Assembly: GCF_001194135.2 (NCBI RefSeq)
Contig: NC_069003.1
Location: forward strand, 17,569,991 to 17,633,990
Length of the DNA stretch: 64,000 nt
Direction of reading: 5' to 3'
Source of the DNA: Octopus bimaculoides
Taxonomy: Eukaryota
Made by a program: the position numbers and the translations under genes. The notes beneath the pieces are model-generated. The model was not told the origin of the DNA. It searched no databases and saw only the letters and a list, made by a program, of their open reading frames with translations. Every line of letters starts with the position of its first letter. Within the stretch, counting starts at the first letter, position 1. Shown here one piece after another: positions 61,341 through 64,000 of the stretch.

Positions 61341-62607
61341 ATCCCACGAAAATTCAGTTTTTTGCAATAGCATGAACTAAAAGTCAGAGGGGGACAGGAT
61401 AAACTACCTGCATCAACTTGCTATAAAAGCAGGTAGTAATTTTACCTTGTCCTTATTCTTAGTGCAAGTTTTGAAGAGAGCAGTTCGATTGTAACAGTTA
61501 TTTTTTCAAAGCTATAATGCAACTGACAAAGGAGAATATTCGGCATATTTTGCGTTATGAGTTCAATAAAAGCAACAACCCAACAGAAAGTGTGAGGAAT
61601 ATTAATGCAGTATACAGAAATCGGACAATAAGCGTAAGCCAGGGTCAACGGTGATTCCAGACATTCCAAACCAGAAACTACAGCCTCAGCTTGGAAGATC
61701 TGTAGAGCTCAACGAGGATGTCCTGCAAACCCTGGTGGAACAAAATCCCAATGTAACTGTTGAGGAACCAGCAGAGAAGCTTGGATTTGGTTATTCAATC
61801 ATTCATCAACACCTGCGTGCTATAGAAAAAGTCAGCAAATAGGATCAGTGGATTCCTTGCAATCTTTCCAAGTCTAATTGCATTCAGAGAGTGAATGTAT
61901 GCTCTTCTTGCTGTCATGTCTCACAAATGAACCTTTTTTGGACCAAATAGTGACTGGTGACAAGAAATGAGTTCTCTATAAAAATATCAAGCACCAAAGA
62001 CAGTGGGTAGGGAAATGAGAAACACTGGCACCCCAGGCTAAAGAAGGTCTTCACCCACACAAGGTGTTGCTATCTGATTGGTGGGATATGAAAAGGTTAG
62101 TCCACTTAGAACTTTTAAACCCAAAACAAACGATAACAAAGGGGATCTACTGCAAGCAGCGTCAGTGGCGTAAGTCAGTGCTAGAACAAAAACAACCATC
62201 TTTGGTTTCAAGATGAAAGGTGTTCTTCCATCAGGATAATGCTCATCCACATACAGTGAGGATGACATCCCAAAAGCTGGAGCAGTTTGAATGGGAAATG
62301 ATGCCCTACCCACTTCATTCAGTGGACATTGCCCCATCTGATTATCATTTATTTCGCTGTTTTCAAAATCATTTGGATGGAAAAAATATGAATTCTGTAG
62401 ATGAGGTCAGAACAATATTGTAGAAGTATTTTTCATCATAGACAAGTGAATTTTGGAAAAAGGGCCTTGCAAGTCTACCAGATAGATGGAAGAGCATTGT
62501 AGAAAATGAAGAAGAGTATATTTTAGATTAAAAAAGAACTTTGTTTATCTTAATTTTGAAAAATAAAGAAGCATAATAAAACTGCATTATTTATGGGATG
62601 ACCCAAT
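61341..62607 (+). mobile_element. Mariner (DD34D) transposon, near full length, decayed
   Basis: MQLTKENIRHILRYEF start at about 61517; HQDNAHPH and DIAPSDYHLF motifs. Right TIR TTATGGGATGACCCAA-TA; left TIR partly in the gap. Confidence 0.85.
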
Positions 62608-63778
62608 ATATATATATGTGTGTGAGTCAGCCTTGGTAGATTATATATATATATATACATACATGATTAATGTAATTTAATTTAAATTTTTCTCTTTTCT
62701 TATTGCACATATAAATATCTGAAATAATTGAAACTGATATTGCATTTTGATGAAACTATATTTTCCCCCTTTTATTTATGATTTCTTACACACACAACAC
62801 ACACACAGAGGAAACGATGTATTCACCTCTTCAGTAAGGTGCCCGCTCTTGTCACTCTAACATACTTTGATATCCCTCAATATTATAGCCAATTCAGTTG
62901 AGGAATCTTGTCTTGTGGGTACTTGATGATTTCACTAGTGCTGGTGCCATGAACAGAAAAAAAGGACCCAGTATACTCTGTGAAGTGATTGGTATTTGGA
63001 AGGACATCCAGCTGTAGAAACCATGCCAAAGCAGACAGCAGAGCCTGACACAGCCTTCTGACTCATCAGTTCATGTTAAATCATTCAGCACAGGCCAGCA
63101 TGAGAAGAGGATGTTAAATAACTGACAGATGGATGGATGGACAGATAGCTAGATGCCAAGGTGAGTAGCCTAGAGTTTAGAGCATTAGGCTCACAATCAT
63201 AAGGCCAGAAATCCAACTCCTGGACAAGGCAAGATGCTTTATTTCACATTGCTGTAGTCTATACAGTTGTAAATGTTTAGTTGCTAAGTATTAGTGTAGC
63301 TCTCTCTCCCTCCAACTGTCACACCCTTGATATCCCAGCAATTCAAGAGGTGGAAGAGTTAAATGAGTGTCTATGCCTATCAGTAACTATACAGGAACCT
63401 AAGACAATTAGTGAAAGCATGGTGCATATATGTATGCATGTATGTCAGGTCATTCATAGTGCAACTGGTAACATGTAATCCAGTATAACCTGTCACATGA
63501 CTGGGTCATTGGCAACAAAACCAGCAGCCCTACTAAGGTTGCTTGGTGTGAAGAGTGATTTTCATTGGACATCTTGCAGGACAGGAAACAAAGCCTGTCA
63601 CAGATGGGGCAGCTATTAACAGCCATCCAACAGTTGGGAGTGAGAAATTCCTAGTTTTTGTTCAGACATCCTACAAGAAGGAAATTCTGATAAATAAAGT
63701 ATAAAGCCAGAGATCTTGCTCTCGCTTGTTACTGGACTTTAGAGGTAAGAGTCTTAGAAATGTGCAAGCTGTTATTCA

Positions 63779-64000
63779 TCATCATCATCATCATCGTTTA
63801 ACGTCCGCTTTCCATGCTAGCATGGGTTGGACGATTTGACTGAGGACTGGTGAAACCGGATGGCAACACCAGGCTCCAGTCTAATTTGGCAGAGTTTCTA
63901 CAGCTGGATGCCCTTCCTAACGCCAACCACTCAGAGAGTGTAGTGGGTGCTTTTACGTGTCACCCGCACGAAAACGGCCACCCTCGAAATGGTGTCTTTT
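63779..64000 (-). mobile_element. Young RTE 3' tail copy, cut by the window end
   Basis: Near-identical reverse complement of 37325-37550. Confidence 0.8.

Overview
AT-rich, repeat-dense animal DNA with microsatellites and six N-gaps. The SINE and RTE families suggest an octopod cephalopod (inference). One host gene crosses most of the window on the minus strand: a phospholipase C of the PLC-like (PLCL/PRIP) lineage. I located nine coding exons by hand (59261-59222, 47921-47792, 38263-38151, 29221-29155, 23487-23394, 22691-22574, 18446-18361, 11200-11080, 10111-9943). They splice into one stop-free 938-nt frame covering the end of the PH/EF linker, the EF-hands and the catalytic X box. The PH-domain exons and the Y/C2 exons were not found in the window. 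The intron between the first two exons (59221-47922, 11,300 nt) is a minor-spliceosome U12 AT-AC intron. Unlike vertebrate PRIPs, the X box keeps the catalytic residues that fall in this window. The introns are filled with decayed transposons: Gypsy, RTE, R4/Dong-like and HERO-like LINEs, Penelope-like elements with hammerhead ribozyme motifs, Tc1/mariner (including a DD36E-type element), MITEs (one carrying a CCA-ended tRNA-like unit), Helitron-like repeats and three tRNA-derived SINE families. I found no rRNA genes, intact tRNA genes or CRISPR arrays. Exon, splice-site, TIR, TSD and ribozyme coordinates were read base by base; other TE boundaries are approximate.
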